Assembly (NCBI GenBank): GCA_964201515.1
Contig: CAXNGL010000002.1
Span: 1 to 41,288 of the forward strand
Source: Burkholderiales bacterium
Lineage (GTDB): Bacteria; Pseudomonadota; Gammaproteobacteria; Burkholderiales; SG8-39
Length of the DNA stretch: 41,288 nt
Direction: 5' to 3'
Positions 11,716 to 20,500 of this stretch are shown piece by piece. Every line of letters starts with the position of its first letter. The first letter of the stretch is position 1. The notes under the pieces were generated by a model that saw only the letters and a list, made by a program, of their open reading frames with translations, ran no database searches and was not told the DNA's origin. A program made the translations under genes and the position numbers.

Positions 11716-11824
11716 GGCGCGGCCGGCCCCCGAATGACCGCCAACGGCCATGGCGTATTTTTTTTAATATGATCAATTTCTGATCGAGTACTTTTACTAT
11801 CGGATATGCGCATTGAGAATGTGA

Positions 11825-13150
11825 TCATGCCTTTACCGACGATGGCATTCTGGTCAGGCTCATGCGGGTGCCCATGAGCAGCACCGGGATGGCGCCCACG
11901 ATGAAGCCCGCGGTGTAGTGGCCGCTGGCCGCCACCAGCGCCGAGAACACGATCGGGCCGACGATGGCACCCACGGACATGAAGGTCTGCACGCCACCGG
12001 TGGCGGTGCCGACCTGCCCGGGGCCGGCCAGCCGCGCCACCTCGGCGAGCAGCACGCCATTCCACGCCAGCGAGGTTGCGCCGAACAGCGCGCACAATGA
12101 CGCCAGTGAAATATAGGACCAGTGGGCATCGACCATGCCCAGCAGTATGGCACTGGCGCCGCCGATGACGCCAAGCAGGCCGAGTTGGCGGCGCGGCGAG
12201 AACACCCGCTCCGCAGTCAGCCCGAGCACCACCCTGCCGATGAGGCCGGCGAGCTGGGTCACGGCAAACAGGCTGCCCGCCGTCACCAGCGAATGGCCGA
12301 CCTCCAGCGTCAGGTAGGTGACGAGAAAGGCGCTCACGCTCATCTGGTTCATCGCCAGCAACGTCGACACCAGGGCCATTTCGCGCAGGTTCGCCGCGCG
12401 CCACATGATGCGCACCGGCTCGACGAAGGTGGACAGGCGAAGCCGTGCCGGCACGCCCGCCCCGCCGGCGGCAGTGCCGCCCTGCTCGTAGCGCGACATG
12501 TAGGCCGGCATGCGCGGCGCAAGCAGCACGAACAGCAGCGCCGGCACCGACACGACCAGCAGCGCAACCGGCCACGCCGTCATCAGCAACAAGGACGGAA
12601 TGAGCAGGCCCGCCACCGCCGTGCCGATGGGAGAACCCATCTGCTTGATGGAGAACACCAGGCTGCGATGGCGTGGCGGAACGGACACGAACAGCACCTG
12701 CGAGCTCACCGGATTGACCAGGCCCATGCCGAAGCCGAGCGCGGATACGCTGACGAACAACAGCGCCGCGAACACCACGGCCAGCACCGATCCGGGCATG
12801 GCCACGCCCCACCAGCGCGTGGCGGCAAGCACTCCCGCGCCGATCGCCGCGGCGGCGAGCAAGCCCAGCCCGCTCAGCGCCGCACTGCCCTGGCACACGC
12901 GCATGGTCCCGTAGCGCGCGATCAGCAGCCCGCAGGAAAGCCCCGCCAGCATGATGAAGAGGTAGTTCGTTGCCACCAGTATGCCCAGCCGCGAGGCATC
13001 GATGCCGATATCGCCCGCCACCACCGGCGCGATCACTGCCGGCACCGAGATGGCCATATAGCACAGGGCATGCAGCGCAAACATCACCGCAGTGGCGTGC
13101 GTGGCCGTGTGCAGGTTCGGTTCGTCGGCCGGCGCGGCCGCGCGGCTCAT
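11825..13150 (-). CDS. MFS transporter, array member 3
   Basis: ATG 13150 (MSRAAAPADEPNLH...) overlaps the stop of member 4 in an ATGA. It carries the same family motifs (LHALC, FSIKQMGSP, FLVTYLTLEVGHSL). The ORF-track 760-aa version is over-extended through member 4. Confidence 0.8.
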   Translation of the reverse strand: MSRAAAPADEPNLHTATHATAVMFALHALCYMAISVPAVIAPVVAGDIGIDASRLGILVATNYLFIMLAGLSCGLLIARYGTMRVCQGSAALSGLGLLAAAAIGAGVLAATRWWGVAMPGSVLAVVFAALLFVSVSALGFGMGLVNPVSSQVLFVSVPPRHRSLVFSIKQMGSPIGTAVAGLLIPSLLLMTAWPVALLVVSVPALLFVLLAPRMPAYMSRYEQGGTAAGGAGVPARLRLSTFVEPVRIMWRAANLREMALVSTLLAMNQMSVSAFLVTYLTLEVGHSLVTAGSLFAVTQLAGLIGRVVLGLTAERVFSPRRQLGLLGVIGGASAILLGMVDAHWSYISLASLCALFGATSLAWNGVLLAEVARLAGPGQVGTATGGVQTFMSVGAIVGPIVFSALVAASGHYTAGFIVGAIPVLLMGTRMSLTRMPSSVKA

Positions 13151-14430
13151 TCGGGCGACCGCGTCAGGACGAGGTAGGCGCCGAGGATGAGCGGCGCAAC
13201 GGCGAATACGGCGATACCCAACGCGTAAATGCCCGAGTAGGCCACCAGCAGCGAGCACAGCCCCGGCCCCGACAGCGCCCCCAGGTTGTTGTACACGCCG
13301 GTGCCCGCCATCATGGCGCCCATGTCGTCCCTGGCCGACAGGCGCGCCACTTCGGACAGGAAGATGCCGTTCCACGACACCGCCGTCAGGCCGAAACACA
13401 CGCACACCGCCAGCATCGCCGCCTGCGACCATGCCGGGGTGAACAGGGACACCGTCAGGCCGCACACGCCGCCGGCCGCGCCCAGAAGCCCGAGCTGCGT
13501 GCGCGGCTTCACCCACAGGTCCGCCGACAGGCCCCACACGATGCGGCCGAACATCCCGGTGAACTGCAGGGCCGCGAAGATGGCGCCCGACAGCACCAGG
13601 GAGAGCCCGATCTCCAGGTTCAGATAGGACACCAGGTAGGACGCCATCACCGTCTGGTTCATGGAATAGACCATCGACACCAGCGCCATTTCGCGCATGG
13701 CCCGCCGCTTCCACACCGTGCGGATCGGCTCGAGGAACGCCCGCATCCTGCCGGCGCGGGTGGCCGCCGGCGCGCCGCGCGCGGCTTCCGGCGAGACCTC
13801 GACATGCACCACCATGGTCAAGAGCAGCCAGGCGATGGCAGCCAGCCCCAGCGCCGCCAGCGCGGCCTGCCAGCTCATCACCAGCAACAGCGATGGCACG
13901 AGCAGGCCCGCGACCGCGTAGCCGCCGGGGACGGCGGTCTGCTTCACCGAAAAGAAGAACGCGCGCAGGTTCGCCGGCACGGCGCGAAACAGGATCATCG
14001 AGCTGATCGGATTGATCATGCCATTGGGCACGCCGAGCGCCAGCGCCGATACGAACAGCAAGGCGATGAATACCGGCGCGGGCATGGCGCCGGTGTCGCT
14101 GGCCCACTGCGCCCCGTAGCCCGCGGCCGCCATGGCGAAGAGGCCGATCGCCGATCCCGCCGCCACAGCCTGGCAGGCGCGCGCCGCGCCCCAGCGCGCC
14201 AGCACCCCGGGGGTCGCCAGGCTGGCGGCCATGGCAATGATGAAGGTGAGTGCCACCAGCACGCCCACGCGCCCGGGATGCACGCCGAAGGCCTTGGCCG
14301 CCACGGGGGCAAGCACGCCGGGAATGGCCGTCACCAGGGTGAGGGTCAGGTGCAGCAACTGGGTGAAGATGGCCGCGAAGGCTGCCGCGGCGATACTGCC
14401 GGGGACCAGGCGCTGGCCGAGCTTTCTCAT
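13147..14430 (-). CDS. MFS transporter, array member 4
   Basis: ATG 14430 (MRKLGQRLVPG...) overlaps the stop of member 5 in an ATGA. Motifs: FSVKQTAVPGG, YLVSYLNLEIGLSL, WGLSADLW. Confidence 0.8.
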   Translation of the reverse strand: MRKLGQRLVPGSIAAAAFAAIFTQLLHLTLTLVTAIPGVLAPVAAKAFGVHPGRVGVLVALTFIIAMAASLATPGVLARWGAARACQAVAAGSAIGLFAMAAAGYGAQWASDTGAMPAPVFIALLFVSALALGVPNGMINPISSMILFRAVPANLRAFFFSVKQTAVPGGYAVAGLLVPSLLLVMSWQAALAALGLAAIAWLLLTMVVHVEVSPEAARGAPAATRAGRMRAFLEPIRTVWKRRAMREMALVSMVYSMNQTVMASYLVSYLNLEIGLSLVLSGAIFAALQFTGMFGRIVWGLSADLWVKPRTQLGLLGAAGGVCGLTVSLFTPAWSQAAMLAVCVCFGLTAVSWNGIFLSEVARLSARDDMGAMMAGTGVYNNLGALSGPGLCSLLVAYSGIYALGIAVFAVAPLILGAYLVLTRSPE

Positions 14431-15719
14431 TGCGCCGCGCGCTGCACGATGCGCTCGTGTGCAGGCGCGAGGAACATGCAGCCCACCGCCAGGGTCGGCA
14501 GGGCCAGCACGAAGAAGGCCACTGCGAAGCTGTCCGTCAGCGCGAGGATGAGCGAGAACAGCGCCGGGCCGCCCATGGCCCCCGCCGAGACAAACACCTG
14601 CATGCCCCCGGTGACGCGGCCGATCTGGCCCGCTGGCGCGATGCTCGCAGTCTCGGCGTGGAACACGCCATTCCATGCAAAGGACAAGGTGCCGAACAGC
14701 ACGCACAGCGCCGTGATCGCCGCGGGCGGCCACTGCGGCGTGATGGCGATCATGGCCAGGCAACACACCGCCGTGGCAATGCCGGCTGCGGCCAGCTGGA
14801 TGCGCGGCTTCATCCACAGGTCGGCGGAAATGCCGAGCAGGATGCGGCTGGTCACACCGCCCGCCTGCGACATGGCCATCACCGAACCTGCGGCAAGCAG
14901 CGTCATGCCGATTTCAAGGTTGAGGAAGGTCACGAGATAAACGGTAACCGCGGTCTGGGTGGCGGAGTACGCCACCGCCATCATTGCGCGACGGCGCATC
15001 AGCGGATCGTGCATCACGTCGCGCACCGGACCGATGAAGTCGCCCCAGCGCAAGAGCCCGCCACCGGTCGTCGCAACGGGCGGCGTATAAAGACGCGCTC
15101 CGAACAGCAGCACTGCCGCCGCGACAAGGACGCACGCCAGAGTCACCGCCACCCACTGCCAGCGCATCTGCGTGAGCAGCAGCGGAATGACGAGGCCGGC
15201 AAGGCCAAAGCCCACCGGCACCGCCGTCTGCTTGATGGAGAACGCCGCCGAGCGCAGCTTCACCGGCGTGGCGTGGAACAGCACATTGGCGCTCACCGGG
15301 TTGATCAGGCCGTACCCGGTGCCGTACATCACGCCGGTTGCCAGCAGCCAGGCGGCGAAGATCCAGCCGGCCGTTGCAGGCAGGTCGGTGCCAATGGCAA
15401 GAAAGCCGGCCAGCGCGCAGGAGAGGATCGCCATGGCCACGCCGATGGCCGACATCTGCAGCACGCGCACCGCGCCGTAGCGCGCCTGCAATGCGGCGCT
15501 GGCCAGCCCCGAGGGCACGGTGGCGAAGTAATGCAGCGCGATCATCACGCCCACCTGCGACACCGGCAGGCCGAAATCGCGCGCCGCCACCGGCGCCAGC
15601 ACGCCCGGCGCGGCCGTGGTCATGGTGCACAGGGCGTGCAGGCCGGCGGTGACCCATACCGCCGAGGCGGCCGATCTCAGCGTCGCCGGTGGCGCCTTCG
15701 CTGCATGCGCCTCACTCAA
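14427..15719 (-). CDS. MFS transporter, array member 5
   Basis: TTG start at 15719 (MSEAHAAKAPP...). The N-terminal length matches the paralogs. It overlaps the 3' end of the SIMPL gene by 8 nt. Motifs: LHALC, FSIKQTAVPVG, YLVTFLNLEIGMTL, LGISADLW. Confidence 0.75.
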   Translation of the reverse strand: MSEAHAAKAPPATLRSAASAVWVTAGLHALCTMTTAAPGVLAPVAARDFGLPVSQVGVMIALHYFATVPSGLASAALQARYGAVRVLQMSAIGVAMAILSCALAGFLAIGTDLPATAGWIFAAWLLATGVMYGTGYGLINPVSANVLFHATPVKLRSAAFSIKQTAVPVGFGLAGLVIPLLLTQMRWQWVAVTLACVLVAAAVLLFGARLYTPPVATTGGGLLRWGDFIGPVRDVMHDPLMRRRAMMAVAYSATQTAVTVYLVTFLNLEIGMTLLAAGSVMAMSQAGGVTSRILLGISADLWMKPRIQLAAAGIATAVCCLAMIAITPQWPPAAITALCVLFGTLSFAWNGVFHAETASIAPAGQIGRVTGGMQVFVSAGAMGGPALFSLILALTDSFAVAFFVLALPTLAVGCMFLAPAHERIVQRAAQ

Positions 15720-16440
15720 TCTCGACCGTACCCGAGACCGTCACCGTCACCTGGCTCATGCCGCCCTCGAACTGCGGTGCCACCACCTCCGCCGACGCCG
15801 CGGCCAGCGCGCGCGCCATGATGGGGCGCGGCGCGACGAAGCCGCCGGTGTTGATGGCGAGGCGCTTGAGCCGATAGCTCTTTCCCGCCAGCGCCTGGCG
15901 CACGATGTCGGCGCGGGCACGAAATGCCCCGATGGCTTCGGTAACGAGCTCGTTCTCGACCGCCTTGCGCGCCTCGGTGGAGATGCTGAACTGCATGGAG
16001 GCCAGTTGCAGACTCGCCTGCAGGCGCCCCACCAGCGCGGGCGCAGCCTGGAAATCGCGGCTCTCGATGCGGATTTCGGCGCGCCCGCGCCAGCCGGTGA
16101 GTTTCTGCGCGCGGTCGTACACCGGATAGGTCTGGTTGTTGCCGGAGCGCGCCCGCACCGCCTTCACCTCGCCGGCGAGCCTGATGGCTTCGTTCAAGGC
16201 GCGGTTGAGTGTGGTGGCCACCTGCGCGGCGCTGGCGTCGCTGGCCTCGGCGTAGAGCGTGGCGGTCAACGTGTCGTTGGCGACTTCGCGCTGGGCCTCG
16301 GCCTGCAGCTCAACGGTGTTGTAGCGCTCCGGCGCGGGTTGAGCCTGCGCTGACACGGGCGATCCGATGAGAAGCGACAGGCAGCATACGGCTGCAGGCA
16401 ATACGCGTTGCAACAGGCAAAATTTCAATCTGATCTCCAT
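15712..16440 (-). CDS. SIMPL / DUF541 (YggE-like) periplasmic protein
   Basis: ATG 16440 gives MEIRLKFCLLQRVLPAAVCCLSLLIGSPVSAQA, a signal peptide. The body (VELQAEAQREVANDTLTATLYAE...QTYPVYD...MQFSIS...) fits the SIMPL-domain pattern as I remember it. Confidence 0.7.
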   Translation of the reverse strand: MEIRLKFCLLQRVLPAAVCCLSLLIGSPVSAQAQPAPERYNTVELQAEAQREVANDTLTATLYAEASDASAAQVATTLNRALNEAIRLAGEVKAVRARSGNNQTYPVYDRAQKLTGWRGRAEIRIESRDFQAAPALVGRLQASLQLASMQFSISTEARKAVENELVTEAIGAFRARADIVRQALAGKSYRLKRLAINTGGFVAPRPIMARALAAASAEVVAPQFEGGMSQVTVTVSGTVEIE

Positions 16441-16444
16441 CGTG

Positions 16445-16909
16445 TCAACTGCTGACGCGCGCAAATTCGAACGTCAGGGTCGCCGGGCGCTTGGCGGTAT
16501 TGGTCCATACCACGCAGTAGTCCTGCGCCACCTTGGGCTGGAAGGTGCCGGAGCCGATGGCAACCTTGTCCTTCTTGACGGGATAGAGCGTTTCCTTGCC
16601 CTCGACATACTGGATGTTGAAATCCACCGCGCCCTCGGCGCGATACCAGTAGCGCAGCTTCTGCTGCAGCGACAGGCTGAAGCATTCCTTGTAGGCACCG
16701 GAGCTGACCAGCGTGGTGGTCACCGATTTCACCGCGCTGCGCGACGGGGAACTGCCTTGCGCCGACGCCTGAACTGGCGTGAGGGACGCCAGCGCGGCGA
16801 TAACCAGCATTGCCGTGCTCGCGCAAGCAATGCCATAACGCGCTGTGCCCACCCGGGCTGATTGGGCCGATGCGGAATTGCGAGCGATCAATACCCGACG
16901 ATTGCGCAT
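16445..16909 (-). CDS. small secreted hypothetical protein (two-Cys beta-sandwich-like)
   Basis: 154 aa with an N-terminal signal-like segment AMLVIAALASLTPVQASA. The mature part is beta-rich with two Cys (KECFSL...DYCVVW). The stop lies 4 nt from the SIMPL start. Confidence 0.55.
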   Translation of the reverse strand: MRNRRVLIARNSASAQSARVGTARYGIACASTAMLVIAALASLTPVQASAQGSSPSRSAVKSVTTTLVSSGAYKECFSLSLQQKLRYWYRAEGAVDFNIQYVEGKETLYPVKKDKVAIGSGTFQPKVAQDYCVVWTNTAKRPATLTFEFARVSS

Positions 16910-16929
16910 GCGGTTCCCTGGATGTCCGA

Positions 16930-17334
16930 CTACTTCTTTGGCGTACGCTGGGCTTCGGCGCGGCGAAGTTGGTCGAAGGCCGCGGCTTCCCGCGCGTGGA
17001 CCTTCCTTGTTTCTGCAGCCTTGGCACGCGCTGCCTCAGCCTGCTTCCTGGCCTGATCGCGACGCGTACGCGCTGTCTCGGCCTCCTTTTGCAACGCCGT
17101 CAGCGCCACCTCGGCCTCGCGCAGGCTGCGCTCTGATTGCTGTACCTGCGCATCGGCGGCCTCGGCCTGCCGGCGTGCATATTCGACCCGCTGCTGGGCG
17201 TCTTCGAGCGGATCGGTGCGGTGGGAGCGCTCTTCGACCGGGGCTGCGGCCTGAGTGGGCATTCCCGTAGCGCACGCCAGCACCAACAAGACGGTACAAA
17301 GAAGGTGAAGACCAGGGGAAAACGGCAACGGCAT
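16930..17334 (-). CDS. secreted or lipo- coiled-coil protein (Ala/Glu/Arg/Gln-rich)
   Basis: The probable start at ATG 17334 gives MPLPFSPGLHLLCTVLLVLACATG, a signal peptide with a possible lipobox. The rest is a charged helical repeat region (RRQAEAADAQVQQSERSLREAEVALTALQKEAETARTRRDQARKQAEAARAKAAE). The frame stays open upstream through five more ATGs (see the repeat at 17352-17399). Confidence 0.5.
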   Translation of the reverse strand: MPLPFSPGLHLLCTVLLVLACATGMPTQAAAPVEERSHRTDPLEDAQQRVEYARRQAEAADAQVQQSERSLREAEVALTALQKEAETARTRRDQARKQAEAARAKAAETRKVHAREAAAFDQLRRAEAQRTPKK

Positions 17335-17351
17335 GAGGTCCAGGCGCACAA

Positions 17352-17399
17352 GGGACATCGAGAACATCGAGAACATCGGGGACATCGGGGACATCGGGA
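17352..17399. repeat. 9-bp tandem repeat x5 (ACATCGRGR)
   Basis: The hexamer acatcg recurs at 17355, 17364, 17373, 17382 and 17391. On the minus strand each unit carries an in-frame ATG (MSP MSP MFS MFS MS...). Confidence 0.85.
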
Positions 17400-17476
17400 A
17401 TTCCCAGATTCTACACCGGGGCTTTCAGCGCCCCTGCGCGGTCACGCGCGCAGCGTGACGAAGTGCCGATGCAATG

Positions 17477-17507
17477 AAAAAGCCCCGCGGGGTTGCCGCG
17501 GGGCTTT
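17477..17507 (-). terminator. rho-independent terminator of the giant gene
   Basis: The minus-strand RNA reads GCCCCGCGG-CAACC-CCGCGGGGC followed by UUUUU (plus-strand aaaaa at 17477-17481). It lies about 25 nt after the stop at 17530. Confidence 0.7.
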
Positions 17508-17529
17508 GATGGGGAAGAAGTGACCGGCA

Positions 17530-20500
17530 CTAGCGCTTGAACACCGCCACACCTGTGACCGTCTGGCCCACCGCGGTGATATTGCTGCCAGTGAAGGTCG
17601 ACGAGTTGAAGGTGTAAGCCATCCCCGCGCCCTGACCCGTGGTGCCAACGAAGCCGCCGGCAACTTTTCCGGACAGTGTTCCCGAGCAGGCACCGCCGGT
17701 ATTCGTGCAGGCCAGCCCGAGGGCGCCAGTACCTTTTTCGCGACTCACCTCGAAATACACGCCCTTCTGGATGGCAACCCCGGTAGCGGAGGCGGCCCAG
17801 GTATTGCCGTTCACGGTCGCATTCACGCCGACATCCACGGTCTTGGCAGTGAAGTTCGCCGCCAACGTGGCCGAGTTGAGCGTGCCCACGAAATTGCCGG
17901 AGGACGCGTTATCGGTCGGATTGGTGCCACCGACGAAACTGTAGGTCGCCGTCCCGCTCACCGGCAGCACCGTCGGCCCGGATTGCACGCCCGAGTAGAG
18001 GAAGTGACGGTTGTTGCCGGCGCTGAACTCAGCGCCGGCATTCAGGACGGTGCCGGTAATGCGGTCCACAACCACAAAGTTGCCGCCGGTGTAACGGCCC
18101 CAGCTGGCACCGGTCGTGGCGTCACGACCGAAATCGGCAATTGTCGCAGCGCTCGCTACGGCTGGCACGGCAAATCCAGCGGCCGTGGTGAGCGCCGAGG
18201 TACTGTAAGACACGTATGTTGGTATTTCATTCGTATAGCAGTTCGAACCGGCCGTCGAGCAACTGCTGCCCGACACCACCCTGCTGACCGCGTCAAAAGC
18301 GACCGGCTGGTTCGAACTGTTGTACTTGACGCTGCCCGGATCGATCACCTCGCCGTTTATCCCGACAAGGCTTGAGGTGTTGATGGCGAACGCGCGGTCG
18401 GAGATTGAGGTTGGAGCTGCCCGGACGATGCCGGTCGTCGCATCGAATCCCGCCGTGGTGCCTGAGGTGCCGAGGCGAATCTGGTAGGGCTGCGTTGCGA
18501 GTGCGGAGGTACCGCCGTAGCCGCCGTTACCTCCCGCATTGGCGGTGAAGGTCGGGCTGCCGAACGCCACCACGCCATTGACGTGCTCGTGGCTACCGCT
18601 GTTGTTCGCGTCACTGGCGCCAAAGGCATACGAGAGAAACGCACCGCTCGCGCTGGTGCCACTGCCGCCGCTCCCGCTCAAGGCGCCGCCAATCGATCCA
18701 AACGCAGACTGTGCCGTGGAAGTGGCGCCCGAGGTCGTGACGGTCACCGTCAGGCTGCGATCAGCCAGCGGGTTCGTCCCACTCGTATTCGACGCATTGA
18801 ACTGGCCGTCACCATTGAGAGCGATGTTATTTGCCGTGGCATTCCAAGTCCTTGCCATGCTGCCGGCACCGGCATTGGCCGGCACCTGGATGTTCGACAG
18901 ACCGATGCTAACCGATTGCTTGTCGAAGTTGATGCCAAAGGTTGCTGTACCGCCACCCAGCGCCGTGCCACTGGTAATCCCGTTCTGGTCTGTGGCCGGG
19001 GACGCGGCAATCATCGGATAAGAGGCAGTTCCCTGCAGGATGCTGCTCACATAGAAGGGCCACAGCTCCGGTCCGCGGATCCACTGCAAGGCGCCGACAA
19101 TGCTCTTGGCCAGCGTCGTGGGGCTGCTACTCGTCGTGCCGAACGATCCCAGTCCAGCGAGGTTTCCGTCGATGGTCAGCGGCGTTCCGGTTCCCGCCTG
19201 CCCTTGCGAGACAGTCTGCCCAGCGTAGCGGCCGAATACGATGCCGTTGCCAGTCGTCACCGGTGTTGCTGACACAGGCGTCGGCGTGCCATTGATTTTA
19301 ATGAAGTTAGGCGTCGTGTTGTTGGGGTCGTACTCGGTCACCGAAAGAAAGTTGCCCTGCGCGTCAACAGTACCCGTTCCCTGGGGCAGGGTATTCACCA
19401 CAAAGTTGTCATTGGTTCCAAAAGTGTAGGAAAGCGCCGTCGGCGTTGTGGTGGATGTTCCCGGCCAGGCGAAGAATGCAGTCGAGTACACCACGCCGGG
19501 CGTGGCTGCTGGTGCTGCCTCCGGCCCCTTGTTGAAGGCGACCATGCCGTTGATGAAGTTGTTGTTGATGGTGGTGGATGCCTGCGTGCCGGACGGAATT
19601 CCCCCCGTCGCACCGACAGCCATTCCGCTGGTGTAGTAGTTATTGAAGGTGTACCGGAAAAATGCGCCGTTCGCGGAATTGTCGCCTGCCAGCCCCCCCT
19701 GAATGCGACCGCCATACCCGTAAGTATTGGTAGAACCGACCGGGGGCGGCGCACAATTTGTTCCGACGCACGATACTTGCAACCCTCCGCCACCCACACC
19801 GGTTGCAACATTGAATCCAAAGTCGCTGCTGGTGATGGGCACGTTTGCCGCCCGTGCGCGCAAGACAAGCTGGCTGTTCATGGTGATGCTGACTTCAGGG
19901 TTGACTTGCTGCGTGGCAAAGTTAACGTCCAGCCGGGCGCGGTTCAACGACCCGACATTGCCAAGCGAATCCACAGGCGCTGTGCCGAAGGTCGGCAAAT
20001 AGTGGAACACGCCTACGATTGGTATCGCCGAAGGTACTTCACGGGTGTTCCAGATCACGCTGTTGCTACCCAGATTGGTCAACACATCCATGAAGGTGCC
20101 CGTCACCGTCGAGGCGTTCACCGCCCCGCCCAAGTAGCGTCCGAAGGAGATGCCGTTGGTCGTGTCGGCGTAGGTTTCAGTCAGGGTGGCCGTCGCCGCC
20201 TTGTCTCCATTGGCATTGAAGCCGACACCAAGGCTGGGCACCGTACCGCCGCCCATGGAGACAATGGCAGTGGTGCTGGCATTTGACGGTGTGCTGTTCA
20301 AGCACTGCGTAACCACACCGGTGCACTGCGTGGCCGCCCCTGCACTGCCGTTGAATATATTCCACGTGTCACCATTGACGCGAACAAGATTGCCGCTGGC
20401 ATCACGAATCAGCGCGGTATTTGCCACGGCGGTTCTGCCCGTCGATTCCAGGAAAACCTCGCCGTTCGATATGGATACCGGATATATGATTGAACTGCGG

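Noticed and set aside
11825-14107. 760-aa, 577-aa (9101..10834) and 556-aa (13147..14817) ORF-track versions of the MFS genes
   Set aside because: Each runs far upstream into the preceding paralog in a different frame. The paralog alignment and the 4-nt overlap start codons give consistent proteins of about 410-465 aa.
12970-15821. Long plus-strand ORFs (12970..14940, 14430..15821, 12122..13177) across the MFS array
   Set aside because: They are antisense to hydrophobic MFS genes. The translations are Arg/His/Gln/Gly-rich with no domain, typical GC-rich shadow frames.
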